Below, one piece after another: positions 11,652 through 24,429 of a stretch of DNA of 64,000 nucleotides; the stretch's first letter is position 1; the number at the start of each line of letters is the position of its first letter. Made by a program: the position numbers and the translations under genes. This stretch comes from Selaginella moellendorffii (taxonomy: Eukaryota; Plantae; Lycopodiophyta), in the NCBI RefSeq assembly GCF_000143415.4, contig NW_003314304.1, positions 1,416,841 through 1,480,840 of the forward strand, written 5' to 3'. Below the pieces are notes generated by a model. It was given only the letters and a program-made list of their open reading frames with translations. It did no database searches and was not told where the DNA came from.

Positions 11652-13674
11652 CGAGACGTGGCATGTCCACGTGGTCATGAGTCATGTCCCTTGAGTCCTG
11701 TAAAAAGAGTCGAACACAATGAACGAGCTCGTGAGTGTTGTGTCCACCCCTTTTCACATCACAACATGGTATTGGATTATTAAATTTGGTATGCATTCTT
11801 GCCCAAATGTTCTGGGGACGATCCTACACTGCTTTCCTGCATAGCAAGTTTCCACGCCCTCCAGCTATGCCTCTGCCCAAAGCTCCTCCAGTGAGACCTG
11901 AAGAGCTGATGAACACTTACTTCAAGGGCGTGTGTGTAGGCAAAACAGCCAAAAATGTGGAGATGATCGTAACCAGTTGTGTGATCAGTCCAAAGCTCAT
12001 AAGGAGTGGTCTTCCCAGGCAGGGCACGTGTCGGTGACCGGTTTCGAACATAAACAGCCATGTTAACTGCTCACTCCAGAAAGCAGCCGGCATTCCTAGC
12101 AGCATACAGTGCGCAGCTTCTGTGATGGTGCGATTCACCCTCTCGGCAACACCATTCTGGGCATGTGCATCAGGGACAGCAAACTAGTGCTGGATTCCTG
12201 CTTTAGCACAAAACGTCTCAAATTCTCCAAAGACGAATTCTCCTTCATGATCACAACAGAGCACATGAATCAAAAAACCATGAAGATTTTCTACCAAAGC
12301 CTTGTATTGGCAGAAGCAGAAGAACACCTCTGACTTGTGAGCCAGCAGGTACACGTTCAGGTACCACGTGTAATCATCTAGGAAGGTGACTCATTCTCGA
12401 CTCTCATTCTCGAGCAAGTTCTGTTCTTGAGTTAGTACACTCCGAAGTTTGTTTGATTATGGTTGGAGGCAAACGTTACGTACTCACCTTCCTGATGATT
12501 ACACAAGGTACCTGATTGTGTTCACAAGTCAAAGGTGTTCTCCTGCTTCTGCCATAACAAGGCTTTGGTAGAAAATCTTTACAGCTGTTTAGTTCATATG
12601 ATCCACTGCAATCATGGAGGAGAATTCGTCTCTGGAGAATTCAAGACGTTTTGTGTTGAAGCTGGGATCCAGTGCCAGTTTGCTGTCCATGATGCACATG
12701 CCTAGAATGTGCTGCCGAGAGGGTGAATTGCACCATTATAGAAGCTGCGCGCTGTATGCTGCTTCATGAGGGAACGCCAGCTGCTTTCTGGGGTGAGGCA
12801 GTTAAGACGGCTGTTTATGTTCTAAACCGGTTGCCGATACGTGCCCTGCCTCCTTATAAGCTTTGGATTGGTCATGCACCTGGTTACGATCACCTCCGCA
12901 TTTTTGGCTGTGTTGCCTAGGCGCACAAGCAACGCCGAAAGCTGGAGTCAAAGGCTGAGCCATCCATTTTTTGATGCTGGGAACGCGACCAGATCTCGTC
13001 TATGCTGTTGGGATGGTTTCCCAGTTCCTCGAGAACCCTGGACCTGCACATTGGCAAGCTGTGAAGCGGATTTTCCGCTACGTTCAAGGTACCTTGCATT
13101 TGCACTTCACTATGGCGACAGGAACTTCATGGGTTCTCGGATGCGGACTGGGCGGGCGACCAGGACTCAAGGCGCTCCACCTCCGGGTATGCATTCTTGC
13201 TCCATGGGGCTGCTGTGTCCTGGAGCAGTAAGCGCCAGCCGCTGGTGGTCGAGAGAGGCAGAGTACGTTGCCCTAACCGCTTGGTTGACCCAGAGATTCC
13301 TGCTTGCACCGGCCGGATAGCTCTTGCACTGGCCGCCAATCCTCGCTTCCATTCTCGGAACACATCGAGATTCGTTTCCACTACGTGTGGGAACAAGTCC
13401 AAAATGGAAAGTTGTCGCTGGAATATTGCCCCACCGAGGCAATGGTGGCTGATATACTCACGAAGGCTTTGGCTCGAGACTCCTTTGAAAGCCATCGCGC
13501 TGCACTGGGAGTCTGCTCTCCTCTTGTTTGGGCTGCGTGGGAGGGGTAGTCCATCCTCTCAGCTGATCGAGCCAGAATGGGAGTGTCTAGATGTCAGCTG
13601 AAGTGGCATGTCCACGTGGTCATAAGTCATGTCGGAACGAGCTCATGAGCGTTCTTTCCACCCACATCACAACA
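11652..13674 (+). mobile_element. Degenerate, internally deleted Ty1/copia element with short LTRs and an inverted integrase copy
   Basis: Direct repeats ~11652-11766 and 13584-13674 both end cacatcacaaCA; the first is followed by PBS-like TGGTATT. Integrase motifs (GGKRYVLTF, IEAARCML, FWGEAVKTAVY, HLRIFGC), RT end (TRPDLVYAVG, HWQAVKRIFRY) and RNase H (VSWSSKRQ, EAEYVA, MVADILTKAL), all frameshifted. Confidence 0.85.
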
Positions 13675-14189
13675 CTCCTCGCCGCTGTACCTACATGCAA
13701 GAGCATGGAGCCGCTGCTGGATGTCATAGGGAGGGAGTGAGAAGCTCCAGCTGATCGATCGCAAAGTCCTTTTGAAGTAAGTCTTTGTTTCTTTACCTCT
13801 CTCATTCCTTTTCCTTTTGATCCTCATGTACCCAGTTCATTTCTAGGACAGAAAAATCGTAATGGTGGTGATGCGCTATGCCATGAATACAATGACGTGA
13901 TCCAGTCTTCTTATCTAGCCTTCAAGAAATCCTTTTGAGCACCAATGCTGACCTCTTCAGCAACGACGTAAGTGAGTATGTTACCTGGGAAATATCACTA
14001 CTCATACAAATTGCAGGTCAAGTACAGATAGTTGAGATTGCATCTGAGATGCTTCCTCTATCCATGCAGGTCAATGCATTTCCCAACTTCCTGAAAGCTT
14101 GTCTAAAATGGTTCCGTCCCAGGAATGTTGCTTCTAATTAACTCTTGCAAGAGTGGACAATGTATGTCAATCTTTTGTATTCCCGGTCG

Positions 14190-14790
14190 ATTCTAGTGCT
14201 TTCAGCTTTGATCCTTTCTTCTTCTTTTGCCAGAGAGAAGAGGAGCTAGTCGCTTTATGGTGGAAAGAATATGCAGAGAGGCTTCCACTGATTGAGCTTT
14301 TGCGTGACAAGTGAGTTTCTAAGGTCGGGATGAAAATGTATGCTTCTTGTGTCCTTGGAGTTATGCAGTTCTTGCAGGGGAATCCCACTAAAGAGGAGAG
14401 AAGCTAGGATGATATGGTAGCAGAAAGGCTGTCTGGAAGTCCCGACGGTAGAGTTGACTTCATGCTACAGGTAAGTTCTACTCTTTGCTATTACGTCATT
14501 GACAAAGTTCTCCCGTGGATCAAAGGATTCAACACTCAGCACCAGTACATAACAGTGACACACGTAAACTCCTTGTTGTTCTTCCTTGATTTGCTTATAA
14601 GCATTGGCTTCTTCTCACAGGAACTACTGGCACGATCTAGACACCGCACTCTTCATAGTCAGGCACCTGTATCAGCAAATCCCTGAGGAGTCGCCAAGCA
14701 AAGTTGGAGCAGATAAGGGACTAAGAACAGGCTTTTGAGTGAATTCGGGGGCTATATCGAGAATGGCAATATGTCCCTCACTTTGTCCAG
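14190..14790 (+). pseudogene. Partial duplicate of the neighbouring SGR2 gene (intron-retaining, internally deleted)
   Basis: 14190-14280 matches ~7330-7415 (gccagagagaagaggagctagt...tggtggaaagaata). 14295-14790 matches ~9820-10360 including introns. In-frame TAG at about 14405. Confidence 0.9.
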
Positions 14791-14799
14791 CACGTTACT

Positions 14800-17300
14800 T
14801 TAGGAAGGCCGATCCAAGTGAGATCTGATTGTGAGAATGTGGGCTTCTTTTAATAGAATAAGGATAATACCTTCTTTAAGCAAGAGTTTATGTAGTGGAA
14901 GACCAAAAGGAGTAATAGAATTTAGGAATTCAATAAAAAAATCAATATCAACAAAGTCAACACTTTCTAAGTATGTATGTTACCAGATAAAGAAGAGATT
15001 ATAGCATTATTAATGGGATAAATATCATCATTAAGTAGGGTGAGTATGACTCTATTAAATGCAACATAGGGGTCTGAAATATCTTGTAAAGATGGAAAAA
15101 CAAAATCAACAATAGAAGACATTATTACTTGTGTGTAAAGTAATATAATAGATTCTGAAAAATTGGGTAAATTCATGTAATTATTACCATTTCCAATTTG
15201 AAGAAGCCAATCAGCCCATATAGAATTGTTTTCAATTAGTCTCATATTCTTTTTTAGTGGAAGTGTTCTAAAACATTTTCATAACCTATTCATTTTTCTG
15301 AATTTGAAACAATTTGTACTTGATGACTATGTGGAATAATTGGTAGTGTTTGTCTAAAGTCACCGCTTGTAATAATAATAATTCTTCCAAAAAGTAAATC
15401 ATTTTTTTAATATCTTGTAATGCTAAATTAATGGCAAAAAATGCACATTGTGAACCATACTAATTTCATCCCATATTAACACATGTGCGTTTTTAATTTT
15501 CTGGCCTACCTCACTATTAACTATAATAGCAAAAGTAGAAGTTTTATTTATTGGAACAAGAAGTTTAAAAGTTATATACAATGTCTAACCATTATGCAAT
15601 AAAGTGTTTGCAATACCTATTTAGGCCATACTAATTACATTTTATTTAAAAGTTGACATAAGTGTTAAGGAGAAAAGTTTTACTAATACCACCAAGACCA
15701 TTGATGAAAATATATCAATTTTTCTCGATTGGGTTGTTAATCATGCTGAGGATATCATTGTATATAATCTATTGTTCATCATTAAATTGAAGTAAATTTT
15801 GTTCTACAGAATGAATGAATTGTGTCAAATTAATATGATTATCTGTATCAAAATTTGTAAAACATAAAGACAATTTATAGTCTTGATTGGATTTTCCATA
15901 TAGATTGAATTTCCTATTTATATCATATAAAGCACGCTCATAACAAACTAATGGATCTATTAGCACAAAATCTTCAAAATAAGAGTTTTTGAATGTTTCC
16001 CATAAGGAATAAGAATTTTTTGGACTACAAAAGACACATAAAAAAGTAAACTATTGTCTTAATTATGGTGGCATTTTGAAAGAGCAAACATCTTCTAAAC
16101 ATTTTTCCCATTTTGTATCGTCTGCTAAAAGTCCCATAGCAGATGTAGTCAATTGAAATGTTTTGAAATAAGTATTATGACTTATTTTTAGATCATTAAA
16201 AGAAGTAGCCCCTCTTTTATAAAACAATATAAAACGTAAATGATAAAGTTCAATAGTAGATGGGGAAACAGAATACACAAGTGAGATAACATTTTGTTGA
16301 TATCTAATTTGCCACTGGTAAGTGCGTTTTTTAAATATATAATGTAGAGGAATTTCAAGATACATATACTGCCTTGCATTTATATCATATCTATTTAATT
16401 CAAACCATTTTGTTAATATAATACCATTTTGAGCAGCTCTTTGAAGTTCAATTTGCTCATTACCTTCAATGAAATAGACATTTCAAAAATTCTCTAAATG
16501 AACAGGAAGACAAGCTAAAAGTGTTGAACAGTTATGCATTTTAAATTGAAAAAGTCTCCATATAACATATAGAGTAGAAATATAATAGGTATTTAGAAAA
16601 TTTGAAATTTCACCTCAGTTTAAACTATTATCATATTGTTGAGTTATTGAATGGATTTCAATCATAGCCTTTGTAAACATATTGAAATAAATATTTAATA
16701 TGTTTTATAGTTGCACATATTTCAATATTTATATGAGATTTATATTTTTTATGAAAGTACTTGTTATAAGGTACAATCCATATGACAACCATTTTTAAAA
16801 ACTGTACATTTATTGTTTGGTCTATAATAATCTGAATATCCATTAAATGAAAATGTTGTTTCATAATTAATTTTTTAATTAAGGACCATTACCCCTTAAA
16901 GTGTTAGTGTTAGCAGCCATTGATGCAAATGCAAAGGCACTATTATAGTGTCTAATATTAGTTCTAAAATTAGAGTTTTTGTTTTACTTGTAAAGCATAA
17001 GTAAAGTATTTGGCAAAGGTAATACAGGTGGCAATATCACTTGACCATGTTAACAACATATAACAATGTTCTCATCTTTAAAATGTGATGCATTACAAAA
17101 AACACAAGTAGATGATAAAAGACTAATTTCAAAAGTTGAAATTTTTGAATCTTTGTAAATAGTGTGACTTGCTAGTGTCATTTGTGAAGGTGGTGATGGT
17201 GTAGTGGATATTGCTTGATATATATGTATTTCATTTTGATCTGATGTTTATCAGAATTGTTGGTATCGAAATTCTTATCAAAATTATTGGCTTTTCTTAT
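14800..17300 (-). mobile_element. Helitron Rep/Helicase relic, truncated within the helicase
   Basis: AT-rich fragments: RHYNSAFAFASM (~16920-16955), WIVPYN...HINIEIC...IKYLFQYVYKG (Rep region), YHLRFIL..KRGATSFNDLK, and PIF1-like MRL...WADWLLQIGNG. Many stops and frameshifts; termini not identified. Confidence 0.85.
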
Positions 17301-19015
17301 AGTTATAAGAAAATGACAAAGGCAAAGCATAATTTGAAATTTTCAAGTACAAAGCTAGAAAACTATAGCTTATACAAGTTTGTGTTTGTAAACAAACTCG
17401 AATTTGCAAGAGAAATATGTAACAGTGTTTAGTATGTGGTGGAGGCTAAGATATAAACAAACACGAAGTTGTTGTGTGCTTGGTTCTGTGTGCCTATCTA
17501 GGGTCTTTCAATTGCTTGCTAAAAAAGGGTGTGCTACAAACTAAGAAGAAAAATTTATTTTATGTTGAGTTGTTGTGATTCTTGGCAATGCCCTCAAGCC
17601 CAAAACCTAATCATGAGATTTAGGGTTATGTGAAACAAGAGCTAAAAAAGTGTGACGGATTGGATTTAACCCTTTTGGGCAATCGGCATCGCAAGGCATC
17701 GAAGTTTGTTGCTGCCTTAGCTACAGCAGTAGCGGTGTTAAATTGGTTGCCATAGCTCAAGAATCTCTAATGCCACTACAGAGTGACAGTAAGAAAGCTT
17801 GGCTATGAAAATTAAATGAAAATCAGTAAGCAGTGGTCAATCATAGTGGAGCTCTTGCAGTACAGTGTAAGCAATGAAATTTCATCTCTCCAAGTGCTAA
17901 GCTGATCTAAGGCATGGAAATCATGATCAGCAGCTATGGATTGACCACAAGAGTGCCATGGATTTCAATCCCCCTCTAGTTGCCAAGAGATCTCCGGTGA
18001 CAAAAGTTTCCTTGTAGTCTATGCTAGATTTTCGAGAGCATCAAGCACTCCAGCAGCAGCAGCAGCACCAGCAGCATAGGATCAGGCCAGGCACACAGGT
18101 GAAGGGAAAATCTGAGTCGAAAGGGATGGATTTCTTGAGTTGATTTCTTCATGATGACAAAGAAATGAAGGATCTCATACTTTCACCAGGTTTGGGACTT
18201 TGCCGAAAAAGCATGGCTGCTTTCCTAGCTGTGTTCTCCAGTTCAAATGGTTTCCTAGCAAAAATTCCTTGTTCTCGATGGATTTCTTGATGATGGGCTC
18301 TCTGCATTGCTTCCTAAAAAGCTGGAGATGATTTTGAGAAGTATAACCTGGTTATAGTTTTTCTTTGGCTGCTTGATCCCTGATCTTTCTACAGCCCTCT
18401 TGTTCGAGCAATGTTGCTGCCGGCCCGAGCCTAGTACCTGGAGGAGTGCAAAATGCCCTTGCATTCATCACCAAAATGGTTAAAAAGAAAAAGAGAGAAA
18501 GATACCTGGTCACCACGTCTAGAACTCTTCCAAACTGGCACACTGTCACCTTCCAAACTGGCACACTATCACCTGACCGATCCTGCTCCAGTCACCAGAT
18601 CTTCCTCGTGGCCTTGAGCTGCTGCTGCTGCTTGAGCAATCATGATGCCTAGATAGATGCAGCCATAGTCAACACATTTGCATGCAACATGTGTCACCAG
18701 GCCTTCCTCTCCTGCCACATGCAATTTGGCCACCTCCCATTGGCCAGGAGCAAACATCAGTGCAATTATTCACTAACACACCCTCCATTGGACAGACAGT
18801 TGCGATTGGCTGGATCTGGCGGCCTAAAAAGTTCGGCAACTCCTCCTTATTATGATAGATTCTTGTTAATTTTCTTATTGGCGCTCTTATTTTTCACCTT
18901 TTTTTATTTTTGAATTTTTCTGTGGGCCATATATAATTAATTATATATCTCTAACTCAATTCTCCCCTTCCTCATAAATTCCTTAGTTTCCCATGTAATG
19001 TCCTTTTAACTACTA

Positions 19016-19325
19016 AACCTTTAGTTGATGGAAACAGCTCCAGCCCTGGATCAGAGACAATCTCCAACCCATCATCACCACCCTTCTATGGCACCCAGAA
19101 AGATGCCACGACTATTCAACGGGCGAGTGTAACCATGGTCCTGAAATCCCTAAAGACCCCAACCTAATTATCTAGGATCTATGGCTTACACTGAGGAGCT
19201 CTTGGACTTGGCGCTATCTGAGAAGCTGCTTGGTATTGATTGGCATACAGGGTTGAAGATGGAAATATCAAACACCTCTGTCCCCAAGATAGGCATACCT
19301 TCATTACTTACTGCTCTTATCATCA
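19016..19325 (-). repeat. Dispersed duplicate of 23665-23945 (gene relic fragment)
   Basis: Shared gatggaaacagctccagccctggatcagagacaatctcc ... gtccccaagataggc.taccttca at both loci. Confidence 0.8.
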
Positions 19326-19629
19326 CAAGCTAGATTCTACAAATTGGGTTCTATGTGGTGGAATGCGCAGGAGTGGCCTTTCGTATCATTTTGTGATCTC
19401 GAGGTAAATGATATATTTTTTTGTATAACATTTTTTTTTTTTTTTCTTAGTATTAAGATATAAAATGGATCATAAAGGGCAAGGACTGGACTTTCAAGAT
19501 TGCATCAATTGTAAAAAGTAAATCCTATTCACCATAACAGTGGTGAAAGGAGTTGTAGAGCGCCTTGATTGTCTTATGAAGAAGAACCGTAATCCATCCC
19601 TGCCAAAGAACAAAAAGAATTAAGCAAAA

Positions 19630-19905
19630 AGCATAGGTTGGTGTTTCCTTCAAAACGTTCGCCAGCATCACGTAAGGCAAGTGCTTCCCCAGACTTTTGG
19701 AGTGAGTCGTCTCCAAAACATTCTCCGCTCCCTCGACTCCGGAGCTAATGCCATCCGAGTGTGTGATGCAAGCTCCAACGAAGGATATCCAGCCGATAGC
19801 TCCAGGCCTGAGAGGCACCGAATTCAGCAACTCGTGAGCCTCCGTTAACTTCCCAACTCTTCCCAGGATGTCAGCCACGCAGCAGTAGTGCTCCCTTCCG
19901 GCGAT
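19630..19905 (-). pseudogene. PPR C-terminal (E-domain) fragment
   Basis: EHYCCVADILGRVGKLTEAHELLNSVPLRPGAIGWISFVGAC...PYVMLANV, with no upstream PPR array. Confidence 0.75.
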
Positions 19906-19995
19906 AAGGAAGTTTAGGGCTCTTGGTTTGTCGTTGCAAAGGCTGCGATATTTCGAGCGATTGACCGCGCGTCTAGCGATTTCTGGGAGCTGCCG

Positions 19996-22065
19996 ATGGC
20001 TTTGGAGGCTGTCTTTAGCAAATGCTTTTCTGGAGCTGGGATTTCTCATGGATGTGGAAATTTCTTTCTAGGAGCTGAGCTCGAGCTCCAGGTCGTGTTT
20101 CACAGGAAGGAAATTGGCAGTAACAGGTGTGTGAGACACGTTTTCGACAGCGACAGTGCTCATTCGTTCTAGCTTTGCATGTTTGCAGGCGCTCAATGTG
20201 GTACCTCCTCCAGTACGCAGGAGTACCCAAGAAATGCTGGTTCCTCTAAGATACGCTGCTCGTCAAATGATCCTCCCTCAGCTTGGCCAGGCAGAGCAAT
20301 GGTGGATGGAGCTAGGAAAAAATCCTGGGATGGACCAAAGCCCATTTCACTTCTTGGATCCACGGGCTCCATCGGCACACAGGTTAGAATCCCTGTTTTC
20401 CTTCGTTTTCTATGCAAGCGATGAGGATGCTAACGTGGTGTTGTGCCAGACACTTGACATCGTCTTGGAAAACCCCGACAGATTCGAAGTTGTTGGCCTG
20501 GCTGCTGGCTCAAACGTTACACTTGTTGCTGATCAGGTAAACTACGAATTGGTCAGCCGTCGTATCTGTTTTATACGAGCTTACACTGCCAATCAACAGG
20601 TCAGGAGATTCAAACCAAGCATGGTTGGGATTCGAGACAGAATTGAAAGAAGCCATTGCTGATCTTGACGAAAAGCCAGAGATTGTCGTTGGGACGAAGG
20701 AATTGTACAGGTACTTCGATTTTCTCAGTTGTTCTTTCTCTTTCTTTTTTTTCTCTTGTGTTTGCTTTTTTTGCCCTTCAGATAGCGTGTCATCCAGAGG
20801 CAGTAGAAGTTGTGGCAGGAATCGTTGGTTGTGCTGGCCTCAAGGTAAGCGTACATCAAGCACTTAGGCATGTACAATAATATTCTTTGCAGCCTACAGT
20901 AGCAGCAATAGCAGCTGGAAAGGATATTGCTCTAGCCAACAAGGAAACTCTCATAGCCGGCGGTCCATATGTTCTACCTCTTGCAAAGAAACACGGAATC
21001 AACATCCTACCTGCGGACTCAGAACATTCCGCAATTTTCCAGGTGATGTATTTTCTTTCCTCCAACAGTGCTTGTTTCTAACATTCAACCATGCGTATTT
21101 CAGTGCATTCAGGGGCTTCCAGAGGGCGGAATGCGTAGGATTTCTCTCACAGCATCTGGTGGAGCGTTCAGGTTCGTTATACTTTACCAATCCAAACTGA
21201 ACTTCTCTTTAAAAATCAGGGACTGGCCAGTGGAAAGGCTCAAGGACGTCAAACCAGCAGATGCGCTGAAGCATCCAAACTGGAGTATGGGAAAGAAAAT
21301 TACAGTGGATTCGGCAACCTTGATGAACAAGGTATAAAAAACATTTTTATAAGCTGATATTTTGTCTGCTGAACTAACATCTTCTGCTGGCAGGGACTTG
21401 AGGTCATTGAAGCTCACTATTTGTTTGGAGCTGACTATGATGACATTGACATTGTTATCCATCCCCAATCGATTATACCCTCCATAATCAAGACACAGGT
21501 AATATTAGTTGAATGCTGCGTCAACACACAACTATTAAATACAGGATTCCTCCATTCTGGTGCAATTGGGGCGCCCTGACATGCGACTACCTATTCGTTA
21601 CACGGCCGGATAGGATTCCATGCTCAGAAATCACCTGGCCAAGGCTTGATTTTGTCAAGTAAGCTTCAGATTTTATCACCTTGTCGTTTGGAAACATTTA
21701 TTCACACCGGAGCTTTGAAACAGGACTGGATTGCTAACGTTCAAAGCTCCCGACCGAGCAAAGGATCCATCCATGGACATATCCTACACAGCTGGAAGAA
21801 TGGGAGGAACCATGACAGGAGTCATGAGTGCGGCCAACGAGAAAGCAGTGGAGCTCTTCCTAGACGAGAAGTAAGCAAAATAGTTGGTTTCCAAGGATTC
21901 TTTTCTCATGATTGGTTATTTCGACATCATCAGATTGATCGAGAAGACTTGCAAAACGCACGAGTGAGTTTTGTCAAGGAGCCAAGCCTGGATGTTATCC
22001 TCGCATCCGACCGATGGGCCCGGATTTACGCTGTGGAAGTCGCAGCACAGGCCCCTCCGGTATGA
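19996..22065 (+). pseudogene. DXR: 1-deoxy-D-xylulose-5-phosphate reductoisomerase, apparently pseudogenised
   Basis: [62 protein letters not shown] and AANEKAV motifs with plant-type introns. In-frame TAG at 20069-20071 and apparent frameshifts near 20638, 20694 and 21605. Confidence 0.85.
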
Positions 22066-22799
22066 GAATATATATACACTTCGGTTCTTTGAACTAAAAG
22101 CTCTTGTTGCTTGCGGTTCTCGATCGACTTCACTCGTAAAACGTTTCTTCCATCTTCGTAGTCAGGGACAGGGTCCAAGAATGTACGCTGGAGGTCTCAA
22201 AGTCGGTGGATCTTTCTCGTTATCACGCGAGGAAGAATGGTGAGTCGTAACCATGAGCACCAGCAGCAGCAGGATGATCGCAATGAGCGCGCACTTCCGG
22301 GAGCTCCTCTGGCATAATGGCTGCGAGTTCCCTGTCGACGTAGTTGGCCGCCATGTGATCATATCTCAATGAGCTTCCACCAGCACAGCCATGTCAAGGA
22401 AAATCTTCTTGATCTCCTTTCCCTCTCCCGGATCTCCTCATACTGGATCAAACACCGGTCTCGACTCTTGATGGTCTTGTGCTGCACCGTCCAATAGACA
22501 AGATCTGACAGACAAACTTGAACATGTCACTCGCCTCTCAAACTTGATCATCCACATCTACAGTAAATGTGGCATTCAGGAGAAAAACTCATGTATGCCC
22601 GAAGTTCATCCACATCTGCTTCATGCCCGTGCGACGCTTTCTCGTTAGCTGTCATTGAGCTGTGACTAGGAAGACCATGGATGTATTTCCTTAGCCATGC
22701 TCTCGAGGCCTGTGACAAAATAAACACCGTGCTCAGTGCACTTTCGTGAGTTGGATTTCAATTTAAACAACAAGCATTAACATGCTATTGCATCAAAAG

Positions 22800-23945
22800 T
22801 CATGCAGAAGAAATGGGCGGTAGCTGCAGAAGTACACGATCTTCAGCCCAAACTGCATTGAAGGTGGTAGCCTCCAAATCACCAAGCTCTGGAGCGCGGT
22901 TGCACACAACAACATTTGGAATACCAAATCCAGAATCAGCATGCATGGTGTGGTAATGCCACTGCCTCTCCTCCAAGTCGTAGACCACAATGAAGCGACC
23001 AGAGTCTACATCCGGATAGCTCATATTCCCCTGAGATATGCAAGCGTAGCGACCACCTGCCGTAAACCAAAACAAGTCACCACCTACTCTGTCAACCCCA
23101 TCCTGGTATATGGGATGTGCAGCAACCTTTTGCCACCCTTCTTCCACCCTGCCAGCTGAAGACCTGAAACTCTTCAAAAGGTATGCAAGACATCATGTAG
23201 AAGCTGCCCTCGTGCCAGTGGACACCCTTAGGACGAACATTATCTGGCGCCGCCGGCAAGCGCTTGTATGATCGATTCTTGGGGTTGTACTAGACGGATG
23301 GAATGTACGTATTTCCAATCTCCCTCACCTCTTGAGCGTCCATTAACTCAAGCTCGACGTCTTTTTCCCCTCCAACATCTAACAGAGGCTGCCAGCTCCC
23401 GGTGGAGGAGACGTAGAGAAAGCAACCGTGGCTTCCTTCGTAACGTAGAGCTGATCATGATATCTGTCGAGCAGCAAAGAGAATGGACCCATTTCGTGGC
23501 AGGAAGGGGCCAAGCGTAGCCCATGGCTTCCAATTAACTGCTCCGGGATCATGAGACGCATCACACGGGCTCCATGCTAATGTGCAATCGTCTGTGCCAT
23601 TGTCGCTGTGAACGAGGACCCAGGTCTTTGAATCATCCATCTCCTCTATCCACTTTAACCGCTGAACCTTTAGCCGATGGAAACAGCTCCAGCCCTGGAT
23701 CAGAGACAATCTCCGACTCACCATCATCACCACCCTTCCCTGGCGCCCAGAAAGATGCAACTCGACGAGCCATGGAACCTAATTATCTAGGGTTCATCTG
23801 GATCTATGGCTTTACACTCTCACGCGCGAGGAGCTCTTGGACTTGGCGCAATCCGAGAAGCATACGCCCAGGGTTGAAGATGGAGATATCAAGCATCTCC
23901 GTCCCCAAGATAGGCGTACCTTCATCACTTACTGCTCTTGATTCA
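22800..23945 (-). pseudogene. Decayed F-box-associated/kelch-like beta-propeller gene relic
   Basis: Fragments such as DSKTWVLV, LFWFTAGG and FIVVYDLEERQWHY resemble plant F-box C-terminal propeller blades. Multiple stops. Confidence 0.4.
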
Positions 23946-23960
23946 GAAGCCTTGTGGTAC

Positions 23961-24026
23961 GAACTGGCCGCATATTGCAACCAGTATTGTGCACTTCACT
24001 TGTTGGTTGCAATGTGCCGCCAGTTC
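23961..24026 (+). other. Long imperfect hairpin (~26-bp stem), pre-miRNA/mirtron-like
   Basis: gaactggccgcatattgcaaccagta pairs with tgttggttgcaatgtgccgccagttc with one C-C mismatch and three G-U pairs. Confidence 0.5.
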
Positions 24027-24429
24027 ATTTTTCGTCTCTCACAGCTGCTTACAGCTACTATAGTAAAGGCTTTCAATTTTGACGATTGATACAAGGAGTG
24101 GTATATAGACCACAGATCCCAAGAGAACAATGTTCACGTGCTCGAAGCAATGGCTTTTCTCGCCGAATTTTTTCCAAATGGCATCCGGCCATACAAAGGT
24201 ATGGCAGTTAGGACAACAGTGCAGCATTTTGCAGATGAAAGAATACACCACCCCTTGGCTGGTGTGGTTTACCACAAGGACGGCTGCTTTTGCTCTACCC
24301 ACCATAGATGTTTGGTGGATGAGAAGATGATGAAGGCTCACAAAGCTAAGGAGATTCCAGGATACCATGTATATTACACTGCTACTTTGAGAGGTATGTT
24401 TTATGTTTTTTATTGCTCTCTATTTATTC

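Noticed and set aside
17700-18830. Exon-like, CAG/CTG-rich stretch with short ORFs
   Set aside because: Probably a gene relic, but no frame gave a recognisable motif.
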